From: Ginglymostoma cirratum
Taxonomy: Eukaryota
Reading direction: 5' to 3'
DNA length: 57,347 bases
NCBI GenBank assembly: GCA_024137785.1
Contig: JAHRHZ010000168.1
Coordinates: 55,839 to 113,185 of the forward strand
Under the pieces are notes generated by a model. It saw nothing but the letters and a program-made list of their open reading frames with translations. It searched no databases and was not told where the DNA came from. Shown one piece after another: positions 34,280 through 45,565 of this stretch. The first letter of the stretch is position 1; each line of letters starts with the position of its first letter. A program made the position numbers and the translations under genes.

Positions 34280-35020
34280 AGTACAAGCGGACACAGTCTT
34301 AGGATACAGAGCAGGCCATTTATAACCAAGGTGAGGAAAAATGCCTTCACTCAGAGGATGGTAAATCTGTGGAATTCTCCACCACAGAATGTTGTGGAGA
34401 CCAAGTGATTGGATGTATTTTAGAGATAAATAGGCAAAAGCTGTTGCGGTGTATGGGGGAAAGCAGCAGAATGTCATTGAGGTAGAGGTTGAGCCGTCAT
34501 TGCATTTAATGGCAGAGCAGACTTGATGGGCCAAATGGTCTAATACTGTTCCTAAGTTTTCTGTGTTTGAGACAAATACATAGGCATGCATGTGGACAGA
34601 GGGACACACACACATGCGCACACACACATTCACATCTTATGTATCGACCCAGAGTAGAAACCTAATTTCAACATTGTCAGATAACTTCACAGTCATTTAG
34701 GAATTTGTCTCTCTTATTCATGTGCATAATAATCCTGACGCTAAATGATTAGCAAGGGAGACCCACTGGTAAGAACCAAGACTTGTCTTATTACGAGAGA
34801 TTGAGCAGTTTTGGCCTGCACACTCTCGTGTTTACAAGAATGAGAGGAGAACTAATTGAGGTGTATAAAATACTAAAGGGGATTTACAAAGTCAATGTAG
34901 AGAGGATGTTGTTCATGTGGGACAATCTAGACCGAGAGGTCATGGTTTTATGATAAGGGGTAGCAGATTTAAAGCAGAGATGAGGAAGAATGACTTATCT
35001 CAAGTTGTGAATCTATGAAA
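34280..35020 (+). mobile_element. Two degraded CR1 3' fragments
   Basis: GHSLRI..FTQRMVNLWNS (34280-34565) and RMRGELIEVYK-like sequence (34790-35020). Confidence 0.65.
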
Positions 35021-35027
35021 CTCCACG

Positions 35028-35560
35028 TAGAACAAAGAACAAACAAAATTACAGTACAGGAACAGGCACTTTGGCCCTCCAAACCTGCACCAACATGCTG
35101 CCTGTCACAACTAAAACTCCCTACCCTTCCGGGGGAGCGTATCCCTCTTTTCCCATCCTCTTCATATATTTGTCAAGACGACTGTTAAAAGTCACTGTAG
35201 TATCTGCTTCCACTACCTCCCCCAGCAGCGGGTTCCAGGCACCCATCAAGCTCAGTGCAAAAAACTTGCTTTGTACATCACTTTTAAACCTTGCCCCTCG
35301 CACCTTAAACCCATGGTCCTTGGTAACTGACTCTTCCAACCTGGGAAAAAGTTTCTGACTGTTCATTCCCTTCACAATCTTGTAGAACTCTATCAGGTCA
35401 CCCCTTAACCTCCGTCCTTCTATTGAGAACAACCCAAGTTTCTCCAACATCTCCTCATACCTAATGCCCTCCATACCAGGTATCATGCTGGTAAGTCTTT
35501 TCTGTACCCTCTCCAAAGCCAACTAATCCTTCTGGTAGTTTGGTGATGGTCTGTACCTCC
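35028..35560 (-). mobile_element. CR1 3' fragment
   Basis: LERVQKRLTSMIPGM..LGLFSIEGRRLRGDLIE; (TTGTTCT)n tail. Confidence 0.88.
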
Positions 35561-36344
35561 TTTAGGAGAGAAGAGAATGATGAGTGCCCACTCCAAATTC
35601 ACCCCATCCCCATTAATGAAACAAGGAAAGTGCAGTTGAGGATGATGAGATCAGCCACGATCTCGTTGAATGGTGGAGCAGGCTCGATGGGTTGAATGCC
35701 CTACACATGCTCCTAAGTGTAACAATGTTTTCCACGTCACAGCTGTATGAATTCAGGAGTACAAAATCTACTATTGGGGATAAATATTTTTCAATTGACT
35801 CAGAATCAATCCTGAGACAGCATGAATGATAGATTGATTGGGGGGAGAAAAAGAAATAATGAAATGTAGCATTGAGATCAGTTTTGGAGGAGAACGAGTG
35901 GATTTCACTCTGTGTCAGGAAGCTGCATAGAAAAGTGGAAGTGGTATCCAGGCAGATAAGCAGTGCAATGACTGTGACCCCGGCTGTCTTCTTTCTACTC
36001 GGGGATGGTGAAATGGTGGAAATCACTGGCCGAGACTCTGACCAAATCAAGCCAGGGCTGGGTAGCTTAGAGCATCTGAGTGGTTTCACATCTCCACTCT
36101 CTCAGCAACAGGGCTGTTAGTGTATGTTCAATGCTGAAACCGCATGTACAAGCCTGTTTGCCACTCGGGTTGGGATGGAGGGGTGAACCGAGTGTGGGAT
36201 AGTGGAGTCGATTCAGAGTGCTTGTTCTATTCGTTTTTGTGGATATCACCTTGCCACAATTTGAAAGAAAGTAGACTCATTGGAAAATCACAGCCAAGAG
36301 TTTCCTGTTGACGAATTTAGAGCCCACACTCGGTATTTCCTGCA

Positions 36345-37065
36345 GGAGAGAAATATCCTCAACCCCTCCACTGGCAGGTGCTATGGCTGATATATTTGTC
36401 CCTGTAGTTGGATGCTGCTGTGACATATATAAATCATCATCCCTGCCTGTAGGTGTTGCTATGAATGATATGTATGTTCATCCCCGCCGCTGGGTGATAC
36501 TGTGACTGACCATTTTATTTCCCGATGCTCATCACTTCCCTTCCATTCTTAGCTTCAGTGATCGAAACAATTGTTCATTCAGCAGTTCCATTCCTTTTGC
36601 AAATGTTTTCAAATGTCTGGAAACGTTTCTTTCTTGTTGTTCCAAACTTTAATGTATAAGTTTCAGGAAAAACGTCATGAAGCCATAAAGTCGTAGCATT
36701 GAACATCACAGAAACAGACCTTTTGGACCAAGTCTTCCATTCTGACCAGATGTACTAAATGTTCTAGTCGCGTTTGCCAGCATTTGGCCCATAATTGTTT
36801 AAATCCTTCCTAAGCATGTACCCATCCAGATGTCTTTTAAATGTTGTAGTTGTACTCACCTTTACCACTTCCTCTGTCAGCTCATTCCATACACACACCA
36901 CTTGCATGAAAAAGTTGCTCGTTAGGCCTCCTTTAAATCTTTTCCCTTTCACATTAAACCTACACCCGCTAGTTTTGAACGCCCTACCCTGGGTAAATGA
37001 CCTTGGCTCTTCACTCCATCCATACTCCCCATGTTTTATAGACCTCTATAGTGTCACTCCTCAGC
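36345..37065 (+). repeat. Old duplicate of ~1660-2500 (minisatellite + unique spacer + CR1 tail)
   Basis: Colinear matches such as CTCAT.ACTTCCCTT..TTTGCAAAT..CCAAA.TTTAATGTA.AA.TTTCAGG.AAAA.GTCAT. Confidence 0.75.
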
Positions 37066-37445
37066 CTCAAATAGCGGGAGATGTACTTTCTGTAATCTGA
37101 AAAGTTACAACGGTGTATTGATAATGGATTTTTCAACGTTTCCCTATGTTGGGCTAAATAGTAATGGGTTAGCATTGCAGAAGCCCAGGCGAATATTCTT
37201 GGGTCAAGGATTTTAACCACACTGTGTCAGATGTTGCAACATGCATTGAGCAACGATAAAAAATAAACTGGTCTGTGTTTCAGCCATATAACCAGTTATT
37301 CCCTGTAAAAATGCAAATACTTCAGTTATACACTTCAGGGAAAGGAAATTTTTGCATGGTCTGGCCTACACGTAGTTTCAAGCATGCATTAAAATTGCTG
37401 ACTCAACTGCATTCTGGGCAATCACTGGTATTCCATAAATGCAAG

Positions 37446-38235
37446 TGTTAGGTTCGTTTTTGGAGAGCCTCACGGACTTGATGCAATAACAAGACACTGA
37501 CCTGTTTCGTAAAACATAAATCCTTTACTACAAAGCAAGTACAAGCTGTGGAGGATCACTGTACTCAACGCGGCACAGAGTGCAGAGTCTCGTAAGCGAT
37601 TCTCCCCGAGCAGCGGACAGTCCCCACTTTTTATACCTTATCGAGTGCATAGTACATAAAGCAATTTTACATCTCACAATGGCATGTTACATGAAACAAT
37701 CACTACATCGGACAATGACATGATACAAAAACAATTACTACATCGAAAACATAAAGAAAGCAGGATACAGTATCGATTGTTCGCAAAGTGACTGCTAACG
37801 ACAGGAGGCGATTTCAAGTTGCCGAAGTGACAGAATGTAATTTCAAGCTTCAGAAGTGTCTGGTTTGACCAAAGGTCAGTGTCCTGGCCCCTTCAGCAGA
37901 AACAGAAGTTACATTCTTTACAGGATTTCAGAAGTCTCACACCTTTACAAATATTGCCACCTAATCTTATTTGAGACAGCTTCCACATACCCCTGTGCAG
38001 GAAAATAAAGATTTACAAAGTTTATACCTAATTCTATTCAGGCAGGAAGCTTAAGGCAGTGTCTTTTCTACTTATGCATAGGAAGATAAGGATTTACAAA
38101 GTTTTACACCTAATTCTAGTTGGGCGGGAAGTTTTAAGGCAGTGCCCGCATACCTCTGTGTAAGCAGATAAAGAGCGTTAATTTATATAGAATATAGAAA
38201 TCAATGGGCTGTTATCCCAATAACATCTCACTACA
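37446..38235 (-). mobile_element. Probable solo LTR (ERV/LTR retroelement)
   Basis: TG..CA ends, minus-strand TATAAAAA (~37635) and AGTAAA (~37527), internal ~34-bp and ~60-bp direct repeats; no TSD found. Confidence 0.45.
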
Positions 38236-38639
38236 GTCACCCAAAACAATGAATTTTAAAATAAAAATCCTCACATTTTTCATCTGAATAGCTTGTTTAC
38301 ACCATCATAGCTGCACCTACTAAAATACTCTTTAACATAAAGGTCCAAACAGCTTTTGGTCACTATGTCTACAGGACTGCCTGTTTCTTAATCCTCTTCT
38401 TTAATTCTGGTTGGAAACTGTTGAGCCCAAAGTTAAACATCGTAGAAAACATATCGAGAATCAGTAAATGTATCTACGCACTCCTCAAGTTATCACATTA
38501 TCAATGCTCTGACCCCATGCATACTTTGCCACAAGTTGATAGAATTAACTGCATGACCACATGTCGAATGGAAAACTCTGTGGAGATTATGAGCAATTAA
38601 TTTTGATAATGTTGGAAACTGATACTTCCATTTATTTTA

Positions 38640-39160
38640 TTCATTAATGGGACGTAGGCGTCCTGGCTGGCCAGCATTTATGGCTTGTCCCCAGTTGCCC
38701 TTGAAAAGGTGGTGGTGAGCCCCTTCTTGAGCCGCTGCAGTCTGCTTACTGTAGGTTGATCTACAATGCCATTAGGGAGGGAATTCCAGGATTTTGGCTC
38801 AGTGACCATGAAGGGACAGTGATATTTTTCCAAGACAGAATGGTGATCGGCTTGAAGGGGAACCTGAAGGAGGTGGTATTTCCATGCATTTGCTGCCCTC
38901 CTTCATCTAGATAGAAGTAGTCATGGGTTCGGAAGGTGCTGTCTGAGAATCTTTGGTGAATTTCTGCAGTGCATCTTGTAGATAGCACACACGGCTGCTA
39001 CTGAGCGTTGGTGGTGTCAGGAGTGGATGCTTGTGGATGTAGCACCTATTAAGCGGGGCGGTTTTTCCTGGATGGTGCCAAGCCAGTTGAGTATTGTTGG
39101 AGCTGCACTCATCCAGGCAAATCGGGAGTATACCATCACACTACTGACTTGTGCCAAGCA
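38640..39160 (-). mobile_element. CR1/L2-clade LINE 3' end sharing its tail with the Deu-type SINEs
   Basis: Similar pieces at 24420-24790 and 29030-29360; tail ..ATAAATGCTGGCCAGCCAG. Confidence 0.6.
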
Positions 39161-39559
39161 AATTTCTAATGTAGTTGATGGCAAGGTGTTATTTCAAGAT
39201 ATACTTGTCAAATTCACGAGCAAAATTCGAATTAAATAGCATGAGCGAAACATTATTTATCATTAACGCAAATAAATTCCCATGTAAGTATGTAAAGGTT
39301 ACTATTTGATAAACAGTTCCCTTCTACGGTGTTGAGAGCATAAAGGCTTGGCTGATAATGGATTTTACTGAGTTTGCTATTTCCTTTCTAATATTGAATA
39401 CAACAGAATGATGGAGAAACAGGTTGCTGATTTGCAAACCACTTCTACCATCACAACGAGCAGAAAACTTAATTGTTCACTGACACCATTGCAACAGGAC
39501 AAGAATCACATGGATATCGCCATCCTGTCCTTTTTGCCCTTCACTGGTTGACAAATACA

Positions 39560-40245
39560 TTGATGAAATTCATTGTATGCAGAAGAGCCAGTATTTTGTG
39601 AATATTACCGTAGGATGTTGTTTGGAACGCTGCGCCAACTTGGTCCACAACCTCTGTCTTTTACTCTCCCCGCCATGTACAGAAAAAAGTGCTCCAGGAC
39701 AACCTTGTGATGTTCATGACCCTGACGCCAAGGAGGCATAATGCCATCCTGGACTCTCATCAATGTCCCCCAGAAGTACTTACCTGTATCCCAAACTAAT
39801 GATTTCCTGATCACTGTTACACCTCCCTACTTGATCTTTCCCCCAATACAGCCAAGCCCATTTGGGGTGCCACATCCTGGTTGTGACTGTACTGCCTTTA
39901 GCCGCCCTCACCAGCATTCAAAACATAAACTTGTGATCAGAACGCTCGGACACCCCTACACTACCTGTATGTTTATCTTGGACTCCTTGGCTGTCAACGA
40001 TTCCCTTTCTGAAACTTATCTTGCGACGTGGCACAGCAAGTCTGTGCGTGCTATCTACTTAACGCTCAGTCTTGTGGATGTGCAACAGTGAGTACAGCTG
40101 CCGCTTGAGCTGGGAATCTGGGAGCTCATATTTCTGCAGTTGTTGTCTCTTCTGAGAGGGTCTTCCTGCACGTGATAATCTAGGACACTGGGAGAATGTA
40201 TGATTGCCCACGTATTACCGAACACACATTCCACTTGGTCGAGTT
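39560..40245 (-). mobile_element. Highly degraded CR1 ORF1 remnant
   Basis: QVEC..W..VLDYHV zinc-finger-like and GRVKD esterase-like traces in the same order as the ORF1 at 14381-13519. Confidence 0.4.
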
Positions 40246-40876
40246 GTGGCGCTATGATTTGAATTTATATCTCTTTTGCAAACATTTCTCTGCGTTGAAT
40301 TAAGTTATCACATTGGTTCTAAGTTCCTCTTAATCTTCACGTTTCACATTTCTATCCACGGATAGCTGCCTCCTTTTAAAATAATATTAATTTATATTTT
40401 ACAGCAATGTATGAACAATCCCAAGAGCCACTTATTAATAACCGACCAACTTACAGCTTTTCTTTGATGTCCCCATTTATACTTTTCACTCTCCTTTCAA
40501 TTTTGAGCTCTGACCATTTCTGAGTAGCCAACTGCTGTGCCACCCAGATTCCCACGGACATGACGCAGACCTGTCGTCTAAACCCAGATTTATACGTTCA
40601 CTCCCCAAATTGGTATTGAAGGTCAGTTGTCTCTCAGACTCACCCATAAGTAACTTCACGCAAAATACATCAGAAATAATTCAGCAAATACTGTATATCA
40701 TCCTCAATAATAAGGGGGAAGTGCAGCTGTCTATGAAATATTATATCATTAAATAAAATGTGCAGTTACTCTGCCCTCCTGGGAACATTGAGATCTGAAG
40801 TGACACAAGCTCAATTCAATGGCATCTAATTTTATTGTTGGATCCATTTGTGGGCTCAGAAATCCAGTGTAATACA

Positions 40877-41808
40877 CTAGGTTGCTGTGAGTTGAACTTT
40901 TTTGTTTGATTTATTAATTAGCTGAATAGCTAATTGAAGAGGCAATTGCATAACACTCCTTAAGTTGTCTCTGAACTTGGCCTGAGTCACCCCATAAATA
41001 AATGTGTTTATGCAGCAACATAAGTTCCGCAGCATGAATCCGACTTGTCCGAAGATATACAAAGAATCATTATAATATCGTGGATTTATTCCTGCAATGC
41101 TGTAATATAAGAAATCTATAACATATGTGAACCACAGAAGAATGAAGCTCCCCGATATGGTGAAGAGTAATATCACAGACTTCCTTCTACTCTCCATCTC
41201 TGTGTCACTATGATTTTCTGTCTTGGTCTGAACCTTCAGCCTCTTACGGATTTGGCTGGCTACTAGAATGCGTCTGACTGTCAGGGCATTGAGTAAGAGA
41301 ATTAAAGCGAATGGTAGCAGTGGCGTTAAAAACTTGTCAAACCAGTCAAACCCTACCCAAGCAGGAGAAGTGTAATAGCTTGGCTTCTTATAACAGAGCC
41401 ATGGCACGTTGTCAATTATCTCCCCGGGTTCTTTTGTAAAATAGAATGGAACATTTTTTAAGGACAGCAGAATGGAAGCTGTTATTAAAACGACAGCTGC
41501 TGTTTTCTCATTGCAATATTTTGCTTTTAGTGCCTGGCAGCAAATTGCAACATATCGATCAAAGGAGAAAGTGATGGTGAACCAAACAGAACAGTCCATT
41601 GCTGAATGAGTCAAGGCATAGAGGAGGCTACACACAGGCGTGATATCAAGAACAGATCTCGGGAAATAATAATAACTGATCCGAAACAGGACAACATCAA
41701 TGACAATGAACACTAAGTCTGCTGTGGACATGGCCACCATGTAGCGAATGGTGCAGGTAGATAGACCACACTTCCGCCGTGCTAGGATCACAATTGCAAC
41801 TAAGTTCA
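40877..41808 (-). CDS. GPR139/GPR142-like orphan class A GPCR, exon 2
   Basis: Acceptor CACAG|TG; hydrophobic TM segments, AMSTADL (TM2), SFDRYVAICC (TM3), LLP (TM5), NTFIY (TM7), TM3/ECL2 cysteines; open to stop. Confidence 0.92.
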
Positions 41809-41925
41809 CTGTGAGAGGAAAAGGGGAAAATTAAATTGAAACTACTGACGAAAAATTTCTCATATCAAACATGGAAGGAATAGAAAAAGAAGATAACCAC
41901 AAATTGATCGAGCACTGTCACTTAC

Positions 41926-41992
41926 CAGGTACACCAATGACAGCAAGGAGCATGTAGAATATTCTTTTACTTCTGTAAATTAATTCACGCAT
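41926..41992 (-). CDS. GPR139-like GPCR, exon 1
   Basis: ATG..MRELIYRSKRIFYMLLAVIGVP(V); phase-1 donor G|GTAAGT; 117-bp intron; spliced product 332 aa. Confidence 0.88.
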
Positions 41993-42645
41993 TTTGTGCT
42001 TCAAATGATATGTCCTTTCCTTCTGGAGGCAATCTCTCAAAATTAACCAATGAAGTGATGCCTTCACGGAATATGTAATATATACTTATGGTAAGTCCCC
42101 AAAGAGTCAGAAATTGCAGCATTGTTTAAGTAAGATGTTTTTAATTGGAACCAACAGGTTACAACATGTATTAGTCTCTGTTTGTGCTAGAATATGCTTC
42201 ATGACAAACTAAGTTGGAATATTCCACAGCCCAAGTAATTTTGATCACCGTAATTACATAAATAAAATCGCAAGATGCCTTATTCCATCAAAGACAATAT
42301 TCACTCAAATTCAGACAGAAAAGTAAAGCAGAAACACATTATGCAAATTATCGGAGGTTGTTGAGTTCCGAGATGCAGAATGATCTTGGTGTCCTGGTGT
42401 ACCAACTGCAGAATGTTCGTGTGCAGGTACAGCAAGTAATCAGGAAAACTAACAGACTGTTATATTTTATTTTGAAGGTAATGGAATGCAGGAGTAGGGA
42501 GGTTATTCTTCATTTCTCGAGGGCATTGGCGAGATCACTTCTGGAGTACCATGCACAATACTGGTCATTGCACTTACAGAAACATGTTGATCTGTTGGAA
42601 ATAATTCAGAGAAATTTTTCAAGAACAGTATCTTGAATGATTGGA

Positions 42646-43239
42646 GATAACAAGCATGGGGCTGGATGAACACAGCAGGTCAAGCAGCATCATAGGAGCA
42701 GGAAAACTTGACGTTTCGGGCCTAAACCCTTCATCAGAAATCAGATGATNNNNNNNNNNNNNNNNNNNNNNNNNNNNNNNNNNNNNNNNNNNNNNNNNNN
42801 NNNNNNNNNNNNNNNNNNNNNNNNNNNNNNNNNNNNNNNNNNNNNNNNNNNNNNNNNNNNNNNNNNNNNNNNNNNNNNNNNNNNNNNNNNNNNNNNNNNN
42901 NNNNNNNNNNNNNNNNNNNNNNNNNNNNNNNNNNNNNNNNNNNNNNNNNNNNNNNNNNNNNNNNNNNNNNNNNNNNNNNNNNNNNNNNNNNNNNNNNNNN
43001 NNNNNNNNNNNNNNNNNNNNNNNNNNNNNNNNNNNNNNNNNNNNNNNNNNNNNNNNNNNNNNNNNNNNNNNNNNNNNNNNNNNNNNNNNNNNNNNNNNNN
43101 NNNNNNNNNNNNNNNNNNNNNNNNNNNNNNNNNNNNNNNNNNNNNNNNNATATCTCCTATGATGCTGCTTGACCTGCTGTGTTCATCCAGCCCCATGCTT
43201 GTTATCTCGGATTCTCCAGCATCTGCAGTACCTTTTATC
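42646..43239. mobile_element. PLE insertion bounded by inverted terminal repeats, interior in a 400-N gap
   Basis: pLTR on minus 42646-42745 and on plus 43155-43239; TSD TCTTGAATGATTGGA (42631-42645) / TCTTGAATAATTGGA (43240-43254). Confidence 0.85.
42705..42742 (-). ncRNA. Intact minimal type I hammerhead ribozyme motif
   Basis: Reverse complement GATTT-CTGATGA-A-GGGTTTAGGCCC-GAAACGTC-AAGTT; all core boxes intact; GUC cleavage triplet. Confidence 0.8.
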
Positions 43240-44826
43240 TCTTGAATAATTGGATTGTCTCAGACGAAAGATGAACCAGACTAGGCCTGTATCCCGGAGT
43301 TTAGAGCAATCAGAGGTGACTTAATTGAAATATAAAAGTGCCTGACGGGACTTGACCAGTTAGATGTGGAAAGAAAATTTCCTCTTTCTAGAGAATCTAG
43401 AACTAGGGACATAGTTTACAAATAAAGGGTCACACTTCTGAAACATAGCAGGGCCACGAGGGAGAAGAGTGAGGGAAGGAAATAGCAAGTTTACAGTTTA
43501 AGAGGGAGAGAGATGCATATAATCCCCACACACTTTAGAGACATGTAATAATGTCTCGAAGCAGTTTGATTAGAAATATGGACTTCCATTCGAATTAGTC
43601 CAAATACATATGGGCATGGCAAGATTTTGAAGAAGGGTCGTTCAAATTCATTCTGATCAAATGTTTCTTACTGACTTCTGAATGGGAGAAAAGACAGGGC
43701 ACGTCCTTTCAGGCGTCAAATATAGCCTCTGTCAATGAATTGTGCTTCTCTGTTACATCATTCTATGCTCAACCAGTGCCTTCCTGTCTGAGCCTGTTTG
43801 ATGGGGACAGTATCAAGGAAGTTTTATTTTCAGAATAAAAGAGTAGAGCAAGCTTTCCTCTTCATCTAAACCTGCGATGTCCATGTGGTAGAAGTTTTTG
43901 ATGGGTACACTTTAGAGACAGTTTTACATTGTGTGTAACTGATATTGTCGCTGGTATTGAGGACTTTTGATGGGGACAATGTAGAGAGAGATTTGCTTTG
44001 AATATAGAAGAATAAAGAGAGCTTTAGACCGTAGCTAACCCCATATGTACCTGTCCTGTGGGGTGTTTCATTGCAACAGCTTTACTTGCCGTTTTAAAAG
44101 AGCAAAAGAATCTTTAGGGGTTCTAGCAAGTCAGTGATACTGACTCTACTACTGAGCCAGAAGGCTGGGGTTCATGTCTCACCTGTTCCAGATGTGAACA
44201 GTTTGACTAAATTTCCAAGCAATCGTTTCCAGTTGAACCCCAACACACACACACACACGGTTTTCACAATTTCACTCCTCTGTGTGTGTGAAGCTGATGT
44301 CACCACCGAACTTCTTGTCCCTCTGCTAATGTTTAGAACCCTGGTACAGCGCTTGAAACAGAGCAAGTGGATTCTTTCTGTTTAACCAGACCAGATATTT
44401 TAAACACCCTAATCATCCCGAATAGACAATGTCACTCTCTTCTTAATCACCACAGGACATGGACAGCACAGGGTACGATACAGAGTAAAGTTCTATCTAG
44501 ATATTTTCTGATGAACCTGTTTGGGCATGTTACATAGTACTGGAGCAGGTGGAACTCGAATGTTGGCCTCCTGGCTCAGAGGCACAGAATAATAATATTC
44601 ACAATGTGACTGCTTTAACCCCACCACCAATCCACAGAATCATCATGCAATGTATAATTTCTGACCTTCAGTATCCAGATCGATACTTACTGCTTTCATT
44701 CCTGCTAACATGTTAAATATTGCCACTTTGTGTTGGGAGCAATGGAAAGTTTAGTAGACTTTGGCAGCCAACACGTTTTTTGCAAAACAGATGTAAGGAA
44801 AACATACGAAGAAAATGAAACTTCAT

Positions 44827-44904
44827 AAGGGTCTAGGCCCGAAACGTCAAGTTTTCCTGCTGCTTGACCTGCTGTGTTCATCCAGCCCCATGCTTGTTAT
44901 CTCT
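44827..44904 (+). mobile_element. Tiny PLE terminal-repeat fragment (hammerhead lacking its CUGAUG box)
   Basis: AAGGGTCTAGGCCCGAAACGTCAAGTTTTCCTGC.. near-identical to 1288-1375. Confidence 0.8.
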
Positions 44905-45164
44905 TCACGCTTACCTGTTCTGTTTGTTCACATAGTCGCGAATTCTCTGTCCATTTTCCTGATATGAAGAGAGGTGTTAAATATTTATACAAAGGACACT
45001 GATCCAGTTTACAAAGACCAAATTCTAACTTCCTGCCTCCCAATCCACAAGTACTCTACCCGACTTTACAACAGATGGTTACTCAGGACAAATGCAATTC
45101 ACTGCGAGTTTCATCAATAATGGAGAAATAGCTATTATAATAACACAGCGAAGATTAACAAGAG

Positions 45165-45565
45165 CACAGAACGTTCCAGAAGACACTTAACCTGGCTGTA
45201 ACTTCGAGAGACGGAATTCATTTTTTATATTTAAGTGGGACTTATACTTATTGGAACAGAATAGAATCTTTCTTTATCGGGAATGGTTAGTAGTTTGAAG
45301 GGATTTATTCGATTTGTTAATAATTTGGTTAAATTTGTTCGCTGTTACCGTTAGATACATAAATTGTTACTTGCTGATTTTAAAGTGTGTCAGGAATTTA
45401 TTTTATTTGACCGCTACAAGTTGCTAACCCTAACCCTAACCCGAACCCTATCGCAGGTTATGCCACTTTTCTCTCTCCATTTACAAATTATAGGGCGAGA
45501 TGTTCTTCTTAGGGTGTTTCAGTGTCAGTTCTCAGAGGAGGGGGTCAGCCTCCACTTTATAATAC
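45165..45565 (+). mobile_element. Gypsy LTR fragment homologous to 8560-8939
   Basis: Colinear similarity ending in CCTCCACTTTATAA. Confidence 0.75.
45424..45450 (-). repeat. Interstitial telomeric repeat (~4.5 TTAGGG units)
   Basis: CTAACCCTAACCCTAACCCGAACCCTA. Confidence 0.8.

Larger units (their letters stand above)
42355..43445 (+). mobile_element. Degraded CR1 3' fragment split by a PLE insertion
   Basis: NDLGVLV..LEYHAQYWS..IQRNFSR before, and RLGLY..RGDLIEIYK-like sequence after the insertion. Confidence 0.75.

Noticed and set aside
40877-41992. Calling the GPCR the true GPR139 ortholog
   Set aside because: Only family-level resemblance, and a tandem paralog/pseudogene is present; orthology cannot be shown without phylogeny and synteny, so no gene symbol is given.
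42741-43245. Long ORFs crossing N-runs (also 510-1013 and 31015-31500)
   Set aside because: Artefacts of translating assembly gaps.
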